This document shows positions 36,119 through 47,191 of a stretch of DNA of 55,099 nt, one piece after another. Made by a program: the position numbers and the translations under genes. This DNA comes from a bacterium. GTDB taxonomy: Bacteria; Patescibacteriota; Minisyncoccia; UBA6257; JAGOQP01. The stretch's first letter is position 1; each line of letters begins with the position of its first letter. The notes beneath the pieces were generated by a model. It did no database searches. It saw only the letters and a program-made list of their open reading frames with translations, and was not told where the DNA came from. The stretch covers positions 1 through 55,099 of the forward strand of contig JAJXZH010000024.1 of assembly GCA_021780155.1 (NCBI GenBank), in the 5' to 3' direction.

Positions 36119-36460
36119 GGATCCAGGAGTCATAAGAACAAACCACTGGATTCCAAATCAAGTTTGGAATGACAGATGAGACGAAGATCTGGATTCCAGC
36201 TTTCGCTGGAATGACAGAGATGTGTCATCCCGTTGAAAAACGGGATCCAGGAGTCATAAGAACGAAACTCTGGATTCCAAATCAAGTTTGGAATGACAGA
36301 AAGTGTGTCATCCCGTTGAAAAACGGGATCCAGGAGTCACAAGAACAAAACTTTGGATTCCAGCTTTCGCTGGAATGACAGATGAGACGAAGCTCTGGAT
36401 TCCAAATCAAGTTTGGAATGACAGAAATGTGTCATCCCGTTGAAAAACGGGATCCAGGGG
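36119..36460. repeat. Palindromic repeat array downstream of the S-layer-like gene
   Basis: Alternating TGGATTCCAAATCAAGTTTGGAATGACA, TGGATTCCAGCTTTCGCTGGAATGACA and GTCATCCCGTTGAAAAACGGGATCCAGG units. Confidence 0.85.
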
Positions 36461-36463
36461 CCT

Positions 36464-36827
36464 CAACAAAATATCTCGCACAAGGCAGGATATTTTATTG
36501 TCGGGCCGCCGGGAATCTCACGTCGCTCACTTCGTTCGCTCTTTAAAACCCTTCGGTTTTAATATTTCCGGCACGGGAAACTACAAGTTTCCCGACCCCT
36601 TCCGATTCGAATCCGTTAGCTCAGACAAAAACAAAACACCTTACACAAGGTAAGGTATTTTGTTTTCTTGTCGGGCCGCCGGGAATCTCACCGCTCGCCC
36701 CCGACCCCCACTTAAGAAACCTTCGGGTTTCTTACGTCGCTTCGCTCCTATTTTCCAACACGGGGGCTCGCAGTTAAAATCCCGGAGCATCAACAAAATA
36801 TCCCGCACAAGGCAGGATATTTTATTG
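36464..36827 (-). repeat. Two duplicated tRNA-Pro 3'-end plus terminator units
   Basis: TTGTCGGGCCGCCGGGAATCTCAC at about 36498 and 36668, each next to a copy or variant of the tRNA terminator hairpin. Confidence 0.75.
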
Positions 36828-36900
36828 TCGGGCCGCCGGGATTCGAACCCGGAATCTCACGCACCCGAAGCGCGCATGTTAGCCGTTACACTACGGCCCG
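36828..36900 (-). tRNA. tRNA-Pro (anticodon CGG)
   Basis: Reverse complement CGGGCCGTAGTGTAACGGCTAACATGCGCGCTTCGGGTGCGTGAGATTCCGGGTTCGAATCCCGGCGGCCCGA. Confidence 0.93.
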
Positions 36901-37032
36901 TTTTTATATTGTTGTTTTACGATAACTCTAAAATGGAGACAAATCAAATCGGTAATTTTATTTTAGATATTTTTTTGGAGTTTAATGTTTTTTATTTTGA
37001 CATTGGATTGTATAAGGTCTATATTATTTTTT

Positions 37033-37512
37033 ATGGAAGATGTTTTTTTTGGCAGTGAAGGAAAAATTTTTAACAAGAGGGAGGTAGTGAGAGAAATCTA
37101 CGATTATATGTCTTCTGGCCCTCAAAATGTTTATAAAATAATCGTTGGTAGCGATTCTCAGCCACTTTCTTCGGATAATGCCGATTTTGTTACGGCTATT
37201 GTCGTTTATAGAGTTGGAAGAGGCGGAAGATATTTTTGGAGAAGAGTTAACAATCACAAATTTTTCAACTTAAGAGACAGAATCTTAAAAGAGGTTATGC
37301 TTTCGCTTGAGACCTCGGTTGAAATTTTGAAGATTTTGAAAGAAAATAAAGACGTGAAGTTTGATTTTGAAGTTCATGTGGATGTCGGTCCCAACGGAAA
37401 GACCAGCGAGCTCATAAGCGAAGTAACGGGAATTATAAGAGCTTATAATTTTTCGTTTAAAACCAAGCCTGAAAGTTATGCTGCCAGTTCGGTTGCCGAC
37501 AAACATGTTTAA
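37033..37512 (+). CDS. Ribonuclease H-like YkuK (DUF458) family protein
   Basis: IIVGSDSQ, GRGGRYF, EVHVDVG..GKT, KPESYAASSVAD. Confidence 0.88.
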   Translation: MEDVFFGSEGKIFNKREVVREIYDYMSSGPQNVYKIIVGSDSQPLSSDNADFVTAIVVYRVGRGGRYFWRRVNNHKFFNLRDRILKEVMLSLETSVEILKILKENKDVKFDFEVHVDVGPNGKTSELISEVTGIIRAYNFSFKTKPESYAASSVADKHV

Positions 37513-37565
37513 TCGATTGGAAAATATAAATTTTTTTAAAATTATAATTATTTAATTTTTATTTT

Positions 37566-38129
37566 ATGAGAGACACGGTAGTAATTGATATTGAAACAAA
37601 AAATACTTTTTTTGATGTCGGCAGGGATAATTTCGGGGGGTTGGAAATTTCGTTAGTGGGTCTTTATTCTTACCAGCACGACAAATACATCGCCTTTGAA
37701 GAAACAGAACTGGATAAAGCCGGAGAATATCTAAAAAACAGCGAGCTCATAGTCGGATTTGCCATAACCAGATTTGATTTGCCGGTAATGGCGAAGCATT
37801 ATGATTTTGATTTGTTTGCGATTCCCAGAATAGATATTTTGGATGAAATAGAAATTCTTACCGGAAAAAGAATCGGATTGGATTTGTTGGCTCAAACCAA
37901 TTTAGGAGTCGGGAAAAACGGACACGGATTGGAAGCGGCTAATTTATATAAAGAAGGGAAAATAAATGAGCTTAAAAATTATTGTCTCAACGATGTTAAA
38001 ATCACCAAAGAACTTTATGATTTGGCAAAAAAACAAGGTCATTTAATGGTTCCTCAAAGGTCTCAGCCTCAGCCGGTGAAAGTTTCTTTTGACTGGAGAG
38101 AAAAACTTTTGTATCAAAGATTGTTTTAA
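37566..38129 (+). CDS. RNase H-like DEDD 3'-5' exonuclease (YprB-like)
   Basis: VIDIET, GF...FDLP, YCLNDV. Confidence 0.85.
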   Translation: MRDTVVIDIETKNTFFDVGRDNFGGLEISLVGLYSYQHDKYIAFEETELDKAGEYLKNSELIVGFAITRFDLPVMAKHYDFDLFAIPRIDILDEIEILTGKRIGLDLLAQTNLGVGKNGHGLEAANLYKEGKINELKNYCLNDVKITKELYDLAKKQGHLMVPQRSQPQPVKVSFDWREKLLYQRLF

Positions 38130-38204
38130 TCGGTCTCAAAAAACAAAAGCGCGTGAAACACATAAACTGATTACAAACTTTTGTTTTTATAAGATTTTGA
38201 TTTT

Positions 38205-39419
38205 ATGAAACAAATTTATCTTGATTATGCGGCAACAACTCCGGTCGATCCGGAGGTTTTTGAAAAGATGAAAAATTTTTTCACAAACGAATCGCAGGAT
38301 TTTGGCAATCCGGGTTCTCTTCACTATTTTGGGCAAAGAGCTCAAAGCGCGTTGGATTTTTCGAGAAAAAAAATAGCTCAATCCATAAGTGCCAATTTTA
38401 GGGAGATAATTTTTACCTCTTCTGCTACCGAAGCCAATAATTTGATTATTCGCGGGGTTGTTAGCGGTTCCATCAGCGCTTTTAAAAATAATGGACAAAA
38501 TTTTATTCCCAAAATTATAATTTCATCCATTGAACATCCATCTGTTTTGGAAACAGCAAAGGATTTGGAAAGAGAAAAAACGGCAGAAGTTGTTTATTTG
38601 CCGGTTGATAGGAGTGGTGTTGTCGATTTGGCGACGCTTGAAAAAGAATTGGACGAAAACGTTGTTTTGGTTTCGGTGATGGTCGTTAATAATGAAACTG
38701 GAATTATTCAGCCAATTGAAAAAATCGAAAAATTGATTGATGATTACAAAAAAATAAAAAATAATGCCAAAGAACTTAAATACCCGATGTTTCATTGCGA
38801 TGCTACTCAAGCGTTTAACCTTTTTGATTTGAATGTGATAAAAAGCGGAGTTGATTTGATGACTTTTTCCTCTCACAAAATTTATGGACCAAAAGGAGCC
38901 GGCGTTGCGTATATAAAAGGAGGAGCCGACAGGGCTGATTTTATTAAACCGATTATAACCGGTGGAGGTCAAGAATATGGATTAAGGTCGGGAACGGAAA
39001 ACATTCCGGCTATTGTCGGATTTGCTTACGCCGCAGAAAAGTCCTTTTCTTTATTCAAAAAAGAAAAGGAAAGATTGGAAAAAATATCCGAATCTTTTAT
39101 AAAGGAAATAAAAAAAGAATTTCCCGAAGCCGAGATTAATGGTTCTGTTGAAAATAGGTCTTTTCATATAGTAAATTTATATTTTCCGCATAACAAAAAT
39201 ATCGGGATTTCGTTAGATTTAATAGGGATATCGGCATCGGCCGGCGCGGCATGCGCTCAAAGGATTGAAAAGCCGTCCCATGTTTTAAAAGCCATGGGAT
39301 TTTCCGATGAAAGAATTGACCGAAGTATTCGTTTTAGTTTTGGGAGGTTTTTTCTTGAGGAAGATGTTTTCCCGTCTGTTTTAAAAATATCCGAAGCTTT
39401 GAATAAAAATAAAAAATAA
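38205..39419 (+). CDS. iscS: Cysteine desulfurase (IscS/NifS group I)
   Basis: YLDYAATTP, FTSSATEANN, SSHKIYGPKG, RSGTEN, SAGAAC. Confidence 0.93.
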   Translation: MKQIYLDYAATTPVDPEVFEKMKNFFTNESQDFGNPGSLHYFGQRAQSALDFSRKKIAQSISANFREIIFTSSATEANNLIIRGVVSGSISAFKNNGQNFIPKIIISSIEHPSVLETAKDLEREKTAEVVYLPVDRSGVVDLATLEKELDENVVLVSVMVVNNETGIIQPIEKIEKLIDDYKKIKNNAKELKYPMFHCDATQAFNLFDLNVIKSGVDLMTFSSHKIYGPKGAGVAYIKGGADRADFIKPIITGGGQEYGLRSGTENIPAIVGFAYAAEKSFSLFKKEKERLEKISESFIKEIKKEFPEAEINGSVENRSFHIVNLYFPHNKNIGISLDLIGISASAGAACAQRIEKPSHVLKAMGFSDERIDRSIRFSFGRFFLEEDVFPSVLKISEALNKNKK

Positions 39420-39453
39420 TTGATTTAAAATTTATAATTAATAAAATAAAAAT

Positions 39454-40770
39454 ATGTTTCATCAAAAAATATCAACATTAAGCAAAAAAGCCAAAGAAAA
39501 TAAATTTTTTATAATTGTCGCCGTCATTGCTTTTGCCGGAGGAATATTAGGAGGGGCGTTTGTCGCTCCCGCTTACACCAGAGCCAGTATTTTTGGAGAT
39601 ATTTATCGGGGGATTGTTAACGGCGTTGGCGGAGTTTCTTCCGGTTCAAGTTCGAATTTGAATTTGAATTCAACGCCTTCCAATTCTTCTGTCTCGTCGG
39701 TGACCAATGATTATGAGCAAGCGGTGATTAACGCCGTTCAAAAGGCATCACCGGCGGTTGTTTCAATAGTTATTTCAAAAGATGTGCCGGTTGTTGAGCA
39801 ATGTCCTTATAATCCTTTTTCAAACTTACCTCAGCAATTCCAGCAATTCTTTGATTTTGGCGGCAACGGCAGCCAATTATATCAGCCGTGCAATACCGGA
39901 AAGACCCAAAAGCAAGAAGTTGGTGGGGGTTCGGGATTTATTATTTCATCGGATGGGTTGATATTAACCAATAAACACGTGGTCAGTGACACTTCGGCCG
40001 ATTACACCGTTTTTACCAACGATGGAAAAAAATACACGGCAAAAGTTTTGGCCAGACATCCGACTTTGGATATTGCTTTGGTAAAAATTTCGGCGACCAA
40101 TTTGCCGACGGTAGAATTGGGCGATTCAAGCAATTTAAAATTGGGTCAAACGTCGATTGCCATCGGAAATGCGTTGGGAGAATTTAGAAATACCGTTTCG
40201 GTGGGAAATGTATCGGGATTGGCAAGGACGCTTACCGCCTCTGATGGCAGTGGCAATGCCGAGACGTTGGATAATGTCATTCAAACTTCGGCGGCAATCA
40301 ATCCCGGAAATTCGGGAGGACCGCTTTTGGATTTGTCGGGTAGAGTTATCGGAATAGATACGGCGATGGTCTCGGGAGCTCAAAATATCGGCTTTGCCAT
40401 TCCCATAAATTATGCCAAAAAATCCATTCAATCGGTTATCAGTTCCGGTAAAATCAGCGTTGCTTATTTGGGGGTGAGATACATAATGCTCACTTCGGAT
40501 GTCGCCAGCCAATATGGGATCAAACAAACTTCCGGCGCTTTGATAAAAGGAGATTCCAATAATTTTGCGGTTGAGAAAAATTCTCCCGCCGAAAAAGCCG
40601 GCCTTCAAGAGGGAGATGTCATCACTAAAGTTGACGGACAAGACGTCAACGCTCAAAATCCTTTGGCTTCTATTATTTCCCAGAAAAATCCGGGAGATAC
40701 GATAGTGATAACTTTCATCAGAAACGGAAAAGAAATGACAGCCAACGTTACCTTGAGCGAAAGAAAATAA
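39454..40770 (+). CDS. htrA: HtrA/DegP-like serine protease with a PDZ domain
   Basis: TNKHVV, DIALVK, INPGNSGGPL, C-terminal PDZ. Confidence 0.95.
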   Translation: MFHQKISTLSKKAKENKFFIIVAVIAFAGGILGGAFVAPAYTRASIFGDIYRGIVNGVGGVSSGSSSNLNLNSTPSNSSVSSVTNDYEQAVINAVQKASPAVVSIVISKDVPVVEQCPYNPFSNLPQQFQQFFDFGGNGSQLYQPCNTGKTQKQEVGGGSGFIISSDGLILTNKHVVSDTSADYTVFTNDGKKYTAKVLARHPTLDIALVKISATNLPTVELGDSSNLKLGQTSIAIGNALGEFRNTVSVGNVSGLARTLTASDGSGNAETLDNVIQTSAAINPGNSGGPLLDLSGRVIGIDTAMVSGAQNIGFAIPINYAKKSIQSVISSGKISVAYLGVRYIMLTSDVASQYGIKQTSGALIKGDSNNFAVEKNSPAEKAGLQEGDVITKVDGQDVNAQNPLASIISQKNPGDTIVITFIRNGKEMTANVTLSERK

Positions 40771-40976
40771 AATTAACCGACAACGTTTTACACAAAATCC
40801 GCCTCTTTTGAGGCGGTTATCTGTCAAGTATTGAAATTTAAAAAATACGCTATAATATAAGAATTACGGAATACAGTAAGCTACGAAATACGAAATAATT
40901 ACGAAATTAAGAAAGCGGAATAATATCTAGATTTTTACATTTTGGTGTCAGTTTTTTATTTTTTGTAAAGATTATT

Positions 40977-43631
40977 ATGAATAATTTCAACAAATTCACC
41001 ATAAAAGCCCAAGAAGCTCTTCAGGGGGCGCAAGAAATTGCCGCCGAGAAGAATCACGGGGAATTAAAAGCCATTCATTTATTGGCTTCTTTGATTTTGG
41101 ATACTCAATCTTTGGTTTTGCCGATTTTAAACAAAGCCGGAGTTAATATTGAACAGCTGGAAAAAGAAATTCAGGAAGAGTTAAACAGACAGCCGAGAAT
41201 ATTTTCGGCTGCCCAATTTTCTCCCGGTCAGCTTTATCTTTCGCAAGAATTGATTCAAATTTTAGACAGAGCCGGAAAAATTTCGGTTGCCAAAAAAGAC
41301 GAATTTATTTCCTGTGAACATCTTTTGGCGGCAATTGCCGAAGTTCCGTCATCGGCTTTTGGCATACTCTCGCGATTTAATTTTAACGGGGAAACAGCTT
41401 TAAAATTAATTGATGAATTGAGAGGAAGCGCCAGAGTGATTGATGAATCTCCCGAAAGCAAATTTCAAGTGATTGAAAAATATTCAATCAATCTCACCCA
41501 AAAAGCTCGCGAAGGAAAGCTTGATCCGGTTATTGGACGCGACGAAGAATTAAAAAGAGTCATTCAAGTTCTTTCGCGAAGGACGAAAAACAATCCTGTT
41601 TTAATTGGAGAGCCGGGAGTGGGAAAAACAGCGGTAGTTGAAGGATTGGCTCAAAAAATTGTTTCCGGAGAAATCCCCGAAAGTTTGAAAGGAAAAGAAA
41701 TTTTGATGCTTGATTTGGGGTCTTTAATTGCCGGGACAAAATTCAGGGGCGACTTTGAGGACAGGTTGAAGGCGTTTATGAAAGAAATTCAAAGCTCTCA
41801 AGGCAAATTGATTTTATTTATTGACGAGATTCATACTATCGTTGGAGCGGGTGCGGCCGAAGGAGCGATTGACGCATCCAATCTTTTGAAACCGGCTTTG
41901 GCGAGAGGAGAGTTAAGAGCTATCGGCGCCACGACAATAAAAGAATATCAAAAATACATAGAAAAAGATTCCGCTTTAGAAAGAAGATTCCAGCCGATTA
42001 TGGTTGATGAGCCGTCAATTGACGATAGCATCGCCATCTTGAGAGGTCTTAAAGAAAAATATGAAATTCATCATGGGATTAGAATTTCGGACGAGGCAAT
42101 TGTTTCGGCAGTCAATTTATCGGCAAGATATATAACCGATAGATTTTTGCCGGATAAAGCAATTGATTTAATTGATGAAGCGGCGGCGGCAAGGAGATTG
42201 GAGTCCGATAGTGTTCCGTCCGAAATAGAAAAAATAAGGAGACAAATCACAAAATTGGAAATAGAAAAATCGGCGCTTTCAAACGAAAAAGGACAAAAAA
42301 GCAAATTGCGTTTGAGTGAAGTTGAAAAAGAATTGATAGATCTAAAAAAAGAAGAATCTCAAACGACTTTGGTTTGGAAAAAAGAAAAGGACGAATCTTC
42401 CAAAGCACACGAAATTCAAAAACGACTTGAAGAGGCCAGAAGAGAATCCGAGACGGAAGAAAGAGGCGGAAATTTTGAAAAAGCCGCCAAGTTGAAATAT
42501 GGAGAAATCCCTCAACTGGAGAAAGAATTGGCTTCTTTTGAAAAAAAGAGAAATCAAAAAAACAAAACAAAAAAATCAACAGCCTTCACAAAAGAAGGAG
42601 TTGATGAAGAAGATATTGCTCAAGTAGTTTCGAAATGGACCGGAATACCGGTATCAAAAATGCTTGAATCGGAAACGGAAAAACTCTCTAAAATTGAGGA
42701 AATTTTACGCCAAAGAGTTATCGGTCAAGATAAGGCGGTTGCCGCTGTAGCAAGCGCTTTAAGACGGGCAAGAGCCGGTCTTAGCGACGAGAACAAGCCA
42801 ATTGGGTCATTTATATTTCTGGGTCCAACCGGTGTTGGAAAAACCGAACTGGCAAGAGCTCTGGCTGAATTTATGTTTAACGATGACAAGTCGCTTATTC
42901 GGGTGGATATGTCCGAATTTATGGAAAAGCATTCGGTCTCAAAATTAATCGGCTCGCCTCCGGGATATGTCGGGCACGAAGAGGGCGGCTATTTAACCGA
43001 GACCATCAGACACAGGCCTTACAGTTTGATTTTGTTTGATGAAATAGAAAAAGCTCATCCGGAAGTTTTTAATATTTTGCTTCAGGTTTTGGATAACGGA
43101 AGATTGACCGACTCCAAAGGCAAGGCGGCTAATTTTAAAAATACGATTATAATTTTAACTTCAAATATCGGTGGAGAATATTTTTCATCTTCTTCTGTCG
43201 GCAGAATCGGATTTGAAAGAGAGGGAGATCAAGAAGAACAAAAGAAAGTTTCCGCTAAAGAAGTTGAAGAAAAAGTTCTTTCTCAGCTCAAAGAAAATTT
43301 CAGGCCGGAGTTTTTGAATCGATTGGATGAGATAATTTTATTTAATCCCTTAACTCAAAAAGAAATTTCAAAGATTGTGGAAATTCAATTGAATGAATTG
43401 GTGATAAAAAGAATGCAGGCCAAAGGATATAAAATTGAAATAGATGATGGCGTCAAGAAGTTTATTGCCAAAGAAGGATTTGATCCGACTTTCGGCGCCA
43501 GGCCGATAAAAAGAGTGATCCAAAGGCAAATTTTAGATAAATTGGCCGATAGAATAATAAAAAAAGAAATCAATGGAAATAAAAAAGTTAAAGTTGGCTT
43601 TAAAAAGCCAGACCGTATTACTGTCGGCTAA
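40977..43631 (+). CDS. clpB: Chaperone ClpB
   Basis: Two AAA modules ([16 protein letters not shown]), middle coiled coil, GSPPGYVG. Confidence 0.95.
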   Translation: MNNFNKFTIKAQEALQGAQEIAAEKNHGELKAIHLLASLILDTQSLVLPILNKAGVNIEQLEKEIQEELNRQPRIFSAAQFSPGQLYLSQELIQILDRAGKISVAKKDEFISCEHLLAAIAEVPSSAFGILSRFNFNGETALKLIDELRGSARVIDESPESKFQVIEKYSINLTQKAREGKLDPVIGRDEELKRVIQVLSRRTKNNPVLIGEPGVGKTAVVEGLAQKIVSGEIPESLKGKEILMLDLGSLIAGTKFRGDFEDRLKAFMKEIQSSQGKLILFIDEIHTIVGAGAAEGAIDASNLLKPALARGELRAIGATTIKEYQKYIEKDSALERRFQPIMVDEPSIDDSIAILRGLKEKYEIHHGIRISDEAIVSAVNLSARYITDRFLPDKAIDLIDEAAAARRLESDSVPSEIEKIRRQITKLEIEKSALSNEKGQKSKLRLSEVEKELIDLKKEESQTTLVWKKEKDESSKAHEIQKRLEEARRESETEERGGNFEKAAKLKYGEIPQLEKELASFEKKRNQKNKTKKSTAFTKEGVDEEDIAQVVSKWTGIPVSKMLESETEKLSKIEEILRQRVIGQDKAVAAVASALRRARAGLSDENKPIGSFIFLGPTGVGKTELARALAEFMFNDDKSLIRVDMSEFMEKHSVSKLIGSPPGYVGHEEGGYLTETIRHRPYSLILFDEIEKAHPEVFNILLQVLDNGRLTDSKGKAANFKNTIIILTSNIGGEYFSSSSVGRIGFEREGDQEEQKKVSAKEVEEKVLSQLKENFRPEFLNRLDEIILFNPLTQKEISKIVEIQLNELVIKRMQAKGYKIEIDDGVKKFIAKEGFDPTFGARPIKRVIQRQILDKLADRIIKKEINGNKKVKVGFKKPDRITVG

Positions 43632-44310
43632 CGCTTTGGTTTTTGGAGCTTTGGCTTTTATTGCCGGAACGTCGCGGCTGTTTTTTTGGATTTTGATTTA
43701 CCTGGCTGATGCCGCTTATATCCGTTTGAAATTTTCAAAAAACGAAGAATCAAATCCAAATCTTCTTTTTGCCTCTTTTTTATTTTTGGTGGTTTCTTTG
43801 GTCTGGTTTTCTCAAGGTGTGGATGTGGCGGTTTTGGTTTCTATAATTTCGGCTATTTTGATGTTTACATTTTTAGGAAGCCAGATTTTTTATTTTTCAA
43901 AATCCAAGATAGCTTTCAATGTTTTTTATCAGGCAATTATTTTCGGTATTGCCGTTTATTTTGCCTCCGTTTCTCCGTTTGATGTTTGGTGGGGAGCAAT
44001 ACCGCTTATATTCTATGCCATTTATGGGTCAACTCGCGACTATTTAAGAATAGAGACCGGCGGTTTTGATAGAAGAAAAAAAACTTATTCGCTTATATTT
44101 TCTTTATTGGCAATAGAATGTATTTGGTTGGCGTCGCTTTTGCCTTTTGGATTTTTAAATTCGGGGGCAATAGTTTTAATTTTTTCCGTTATGACAAACG
44201 ATGTTTTTCTGCGTCATTTATCGGGAAAAATAAAAAAAGAAGACATAATCAAAAATTCCGTCATAATGGCGGCGCTTACTATTTTGATTTTTGTCGTCAG
44301 CTCAATCTAA
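43573..44310 (+). CDS. Hypothetical multi-pass membrane protein
   Basis: Many hydrophobic segments; overlaps the end of clpB. Confidence 0.7.
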   Translation: MEIKKLKLALKSQTVLLSANALVFGALAFIAGTSRLFFWILIYLADAAYIRLKFSKNEESNPNLLFASFLFLVVSLVWFSQGVDVAVLVSIISAILMFTFLGSQIFYFSKSKIAFNVFYQAIIFGIAVYFASVSPFDVWWGAIPLIFYAIYGSTRDYLRIETGGFDRRKKTYSLIFSLLAIECIWLASLLPFGFLNSGAIVLIFSVMTNDVFLRHLSGKIKKEDIIKNSVIMAALTILIFVVSSI

Positions 44311-44311
44311 T

Positions 44312-44794
44312 ATGAAAGAAATAAAAATAAAAAGCGACAGCGTTTCTTTAACCAAAAAAATTGCCGAAAAGTTTGCCCCCGTTTTTTTGAAAGAGTATTT
44401 TTTTAAAAATAAAACCCAAGCGATAATTTTCAAAGGAAATTTAGGAGCGGGCAAAACAGCTTTTATTTTGGGTTTTTTGAATTATTTTGGAGTTAAACCT
44501 AAGGCCGCCAGCCCGACTTTTGTTATTATGAAAAAATATCGCCCGTTGAAAAATTTTAAATATAAAAACCAAAAAATAGAAAACATCTATCATCTGGACG
44601 CCTACCGATTGAATTCAAAAAAAGATTTGGAGGTTCTTGGCTTTGAAGATATTTTAAAAAATCCACAAAATATGATTTTAATCGAATGGCCGGAGAAAAT
44701 AAAAGGAGCCGAATTAAAAAACAAAATACCGATAAAAATCGATTATGGCAAAAAAGAAAATGAAAGAATTATTTATTTAAAAATAAAAAAATAA
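44312..44794 (+). CDS. tsaE: t6A biosynthesis ATPase TsaE
   Basis: GNLGAGKT, SPTF, YHLDAYRL, LIEWPE. Confidence 0.95.
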   Translation: MKEIKIKSDSVSLTKKIAEKFAPVFLKEYFFKNKTQAIIFKGNLGAGKTAFILGFLNYFGVKPKAASPTFVIMKKYRPLKNFKYKNQKIENIYHLDAYRLNSKKDLEVLGFEDILKNPQNMILIEWPEKIKGAELKNKIPIKIDYGKKENERIIYLKIKK

Positions 44795-44827
44795 TCCCCA
44801 ATGTTTGAGGATTTTTTAAAAGATAAG

Positions 44828-45241
44828 CTACCAGTGCCAATAGATTCCGTTATTTTTTTCTTCTATTACCAATGTTCTGATTTGTCTGGACCAGTTGTCC
44901 AGATAAATGTTTGGCGTAAATGAAATTGTCCTTCCGTCCGGCAAAATAATCGTCAACAAAATGGAAATATTCCGCGAGTTGTAGTAATTGCCCCAGCCGG
45001 AGTAAATATCAAAGCTGAAAGTCGAATGAGGTTTTACGCTTTCTTGATTGTAACCGATAGTAATTGATGCCAAATAATCGGTATCGTTCCTAAATACAAT
45101 CAAATTTGAATAATATTGGATTCCTCCGACCCACGAGGTCTTAATTTCAGGACCCCAGGGAGTTGCCATCGTCATTGTTTCGCACGACGACAGCGTAATT
45201 GTCGCCAAAACAATCAGGGTGATAGCAGAAATCCTTTTCAT
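44828..45241 (-). CDS. Hypothetical lipoprotein
   Basis: SD AAGGAGG, MKRISAITLIVLATITLSSC lipobox, upstream TTGACT-N17-TATAAT. Confidence 0.7.
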   Translation of the reverse strand: MKRISAITLIVLATITLSSCETMTMATPWGPEIKTSWVGGIQYYSNLIVFRNDTDYLASITIGYNQESVKPHSTFSFDIYSGWGNYYNSRNISILLTIILPDGRTISFTPNIYLDNWSRQIRTLVIEEKNNGIYWHW

Positions 45242-45440
45242 TTTGCGCCTCCTTTTTGCTGTTATTATTATATCTAATAATAATGTGTTAGTCAATTATC
45301 TGCGATAATCCAAAAAATCAACTATTTTGATGATTTGAAATATAAAAATTGATTGTTTAAAGATTGCCCGAAATTGTTTTTTTCAGATTTTAGAATGCCT
45401 TTGTTTGAGGAATATTTTTTTAAGATGTATAATTAACAAA

Positions 45441-47126
45441 ATGGCCGATAAACCAAATAATCTTCAAGACCAATTATCAAAAATGAGGCGAGAAGCCGAA
45501 GAGCGAGACGCTAAAAAGCGAGCTTCTTTAAATCATCTCTCTTATCTGGAACCGGCTAAAATTTCGGTAAGTCTTGATGCCTTATCAATCATCCCGGAAT
45601 CGAAAGCCAGAGAATCGGCACTGGCTTTAATCGCCATTAAAGATACTAAAGTCGCGGCAATCGTTATTGATCCTAATTTTTCAAAAACCAAAGAAGTTTT
45701 AGAAGAATTAAAAAAACAAGGACATCAGATAAATATTTTTGTCGTTTCGGCCAGCTCTTTTGATTATGCTCTGACTTTTTACAGGTTCGTTATGAAAAAA
45801 AGGGAAGACATAAGCGGTAAGGTAAATGTCGGCGAATCGGCAAGTAAAGATGAAAAAGAAAAAAGACAAGATTTGGACACCATTCCCAAAGTAGTTGAGG
45901 CGATAAAAGAAGTTAACGAGTCGGGGAAGATTCCGGAACTTTTTGAAACAATTCTTTTTGGAGCTTTGTCTACCAGGACTTCCGATATTCACATTGAACC
46001 GTCGGAAAAAACCGTCAAATTGCGTTATAGAATTGATGGAAATTTGAATGACATTTTTGGAGATATCAATCATCAGGTTTATCGTTCACTGCTTTCTCGC
46101 ATAAAACTTCTTTCTAATTTAAAACTCAATGTTCGCGATGAGCCACAAGACGGAAGATTTACCATGAATTTGCCCGGAAAAGATGTAGAAATGCGTGTTG
46201 CCATTGCTCCCTCCGAATTTGGAGAGGTTGTGGTTATGCGTATCTTGGACCCGGACGCCATAAATTTATCGCTTCAGGATTTGGGTCTTCGCGACGATGA
46301 TTTAAAAATAGCTCAAGAACAATTGGATAGGCCTTACGGAATGGTATTAAACACCGGACCTACCGGTTCCGGTAAAACGACAACGCTTTACGCTTTTTTG
46401 AGACACAAAAATACCCCCGACCTTAAAATAATCACCATTGAAGACCCAATAGAATATCACCTGGAGGGGATTGAACAAACTCAAGTTAATAACGAAGCCG
46501 GTTATACTTTTGCCGGAGGACTGCGTTCGTTGATGAGGCAAGACCCGGATGTCATATTGGTTGGAGAAATCAGAGACAACGAAACGGCTGGAATCGCGGT
46601 GCAGGCGGCATTGACCGGTCACTTAGTGCTTTCAACCGTCCACGCCAATGAAGCGGCGGCGGCAATACCAAGATTGCTTGATTTGGGGGTTAATCCGGTG
46701 AGTTTGGCTCCGGCTTTGAATTTACTGATTGCCCAAAGATTGGTAAGAAGATTGTGCAAGTTTTGCAAAGTTGAAGATCAAATATCGCCGGAACTAAAAG
46801 AAAAATTGGAAAAATACATCAACAAAATTCCCGACAGAGTGGACAAACAAAAATATCTTAAAGATATAAAAATATACAAACCGGTCGGCTGTGATAAATG
46901 TAATAATACCGGCTATAAAGGCAGAGTTGGAATTTATGAATTATTGGTTATCAATCCTCAGATGCAGGAGATGGTAGTTAAAGGTTCGGGACAGCTTGCC
47001 ATACAGGAGGAGATAAAAAAGACCGATTTTGTTAATATGCAACAAGATGGAATTTTGAAAATCGTTTCGGGAATGACCACCTTTGAAGAAGTGGAAGGAA
47101 CGGCGGGAAAGATTGTTTGGGAATAG
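45441..47126 (+). CDS. pilB: GspE/PilB family type IV pilus assembly ATPase
   Basis: SDIHIEP, PQDGRF, GPTGSGKTTT, TIEDPIE, RQDPDVILVGEIRD, TGHLV, CxxC pairs. Confidence 0.93.
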   Translation: MADKPNNLQDQLSKMRREAEERDAKKRASLNHLSYLEPAKISVSLDALSIIPESKARESALALIAIKDTKVAAIVIDPNFSKTKEVLEELKKQGHQINIFVVSASSFDYALTFYRFVMKKREDISGKVNVGESASKDEKEKRQDLDTIPKVVEAIKEVNESGKIPELFETILFGALSTRTSDIHIEPSEKTVKLRYRIDGNLNDIFGDINHQVYRSLLSRIKLLSNLKLNVRDEPQDGRFTMNLPGKDVEMRVAIAPSEFGEVVVMRILDPDAINLSLQDLGLRDDDLKIAQEQLDRPYGMVLNTGPTGSGKTTTLYAFLRHKNTPDLKIITIEDPIEYHLEGIEQTQVNNEAGYTFAGGLRSLMRQDPDVILVGEIRDNETAGIAVQAALTGHLVLSTVHANEAAAAIPRLLDLGVNPVSLAPALNLLIAQRLVRRLCKFCKVEDQISPELKEKLEKYINKIPDRVDKQKYLKDIKIYKPVGCDKCNNTGYKGRVGIYELLVINPQMQEMVVKGSGQLAIQEEIKKTDFVNMQQDGILKIVSGMTTFEEVEGTAGKIVWE

Positions 47127-47191
47127 TCATCCCAAAAATTAAATTAAAAATCAGACCGCGCAATATTTTTAAGATAGAATATAATTAAAAT

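Noticed and set aside
36119-36460. Possible CRISPR array, or the 69-aa ORF 36169-36378
   Set aside because: The spacers recur and the units alternate in orientation; the ORF is only a translation of the repeats (WIPAFAGMT).
36660-37058. 132-aa ORF
   Set aside because: Overlaps tRNA-Pro antisense and its duplicated 3' ends; not a credible protein.
40135-40827. 230-aa minus-strand ORF
   Set aside because: Antisense to the well-supported htrA, with no recognisable motifs.
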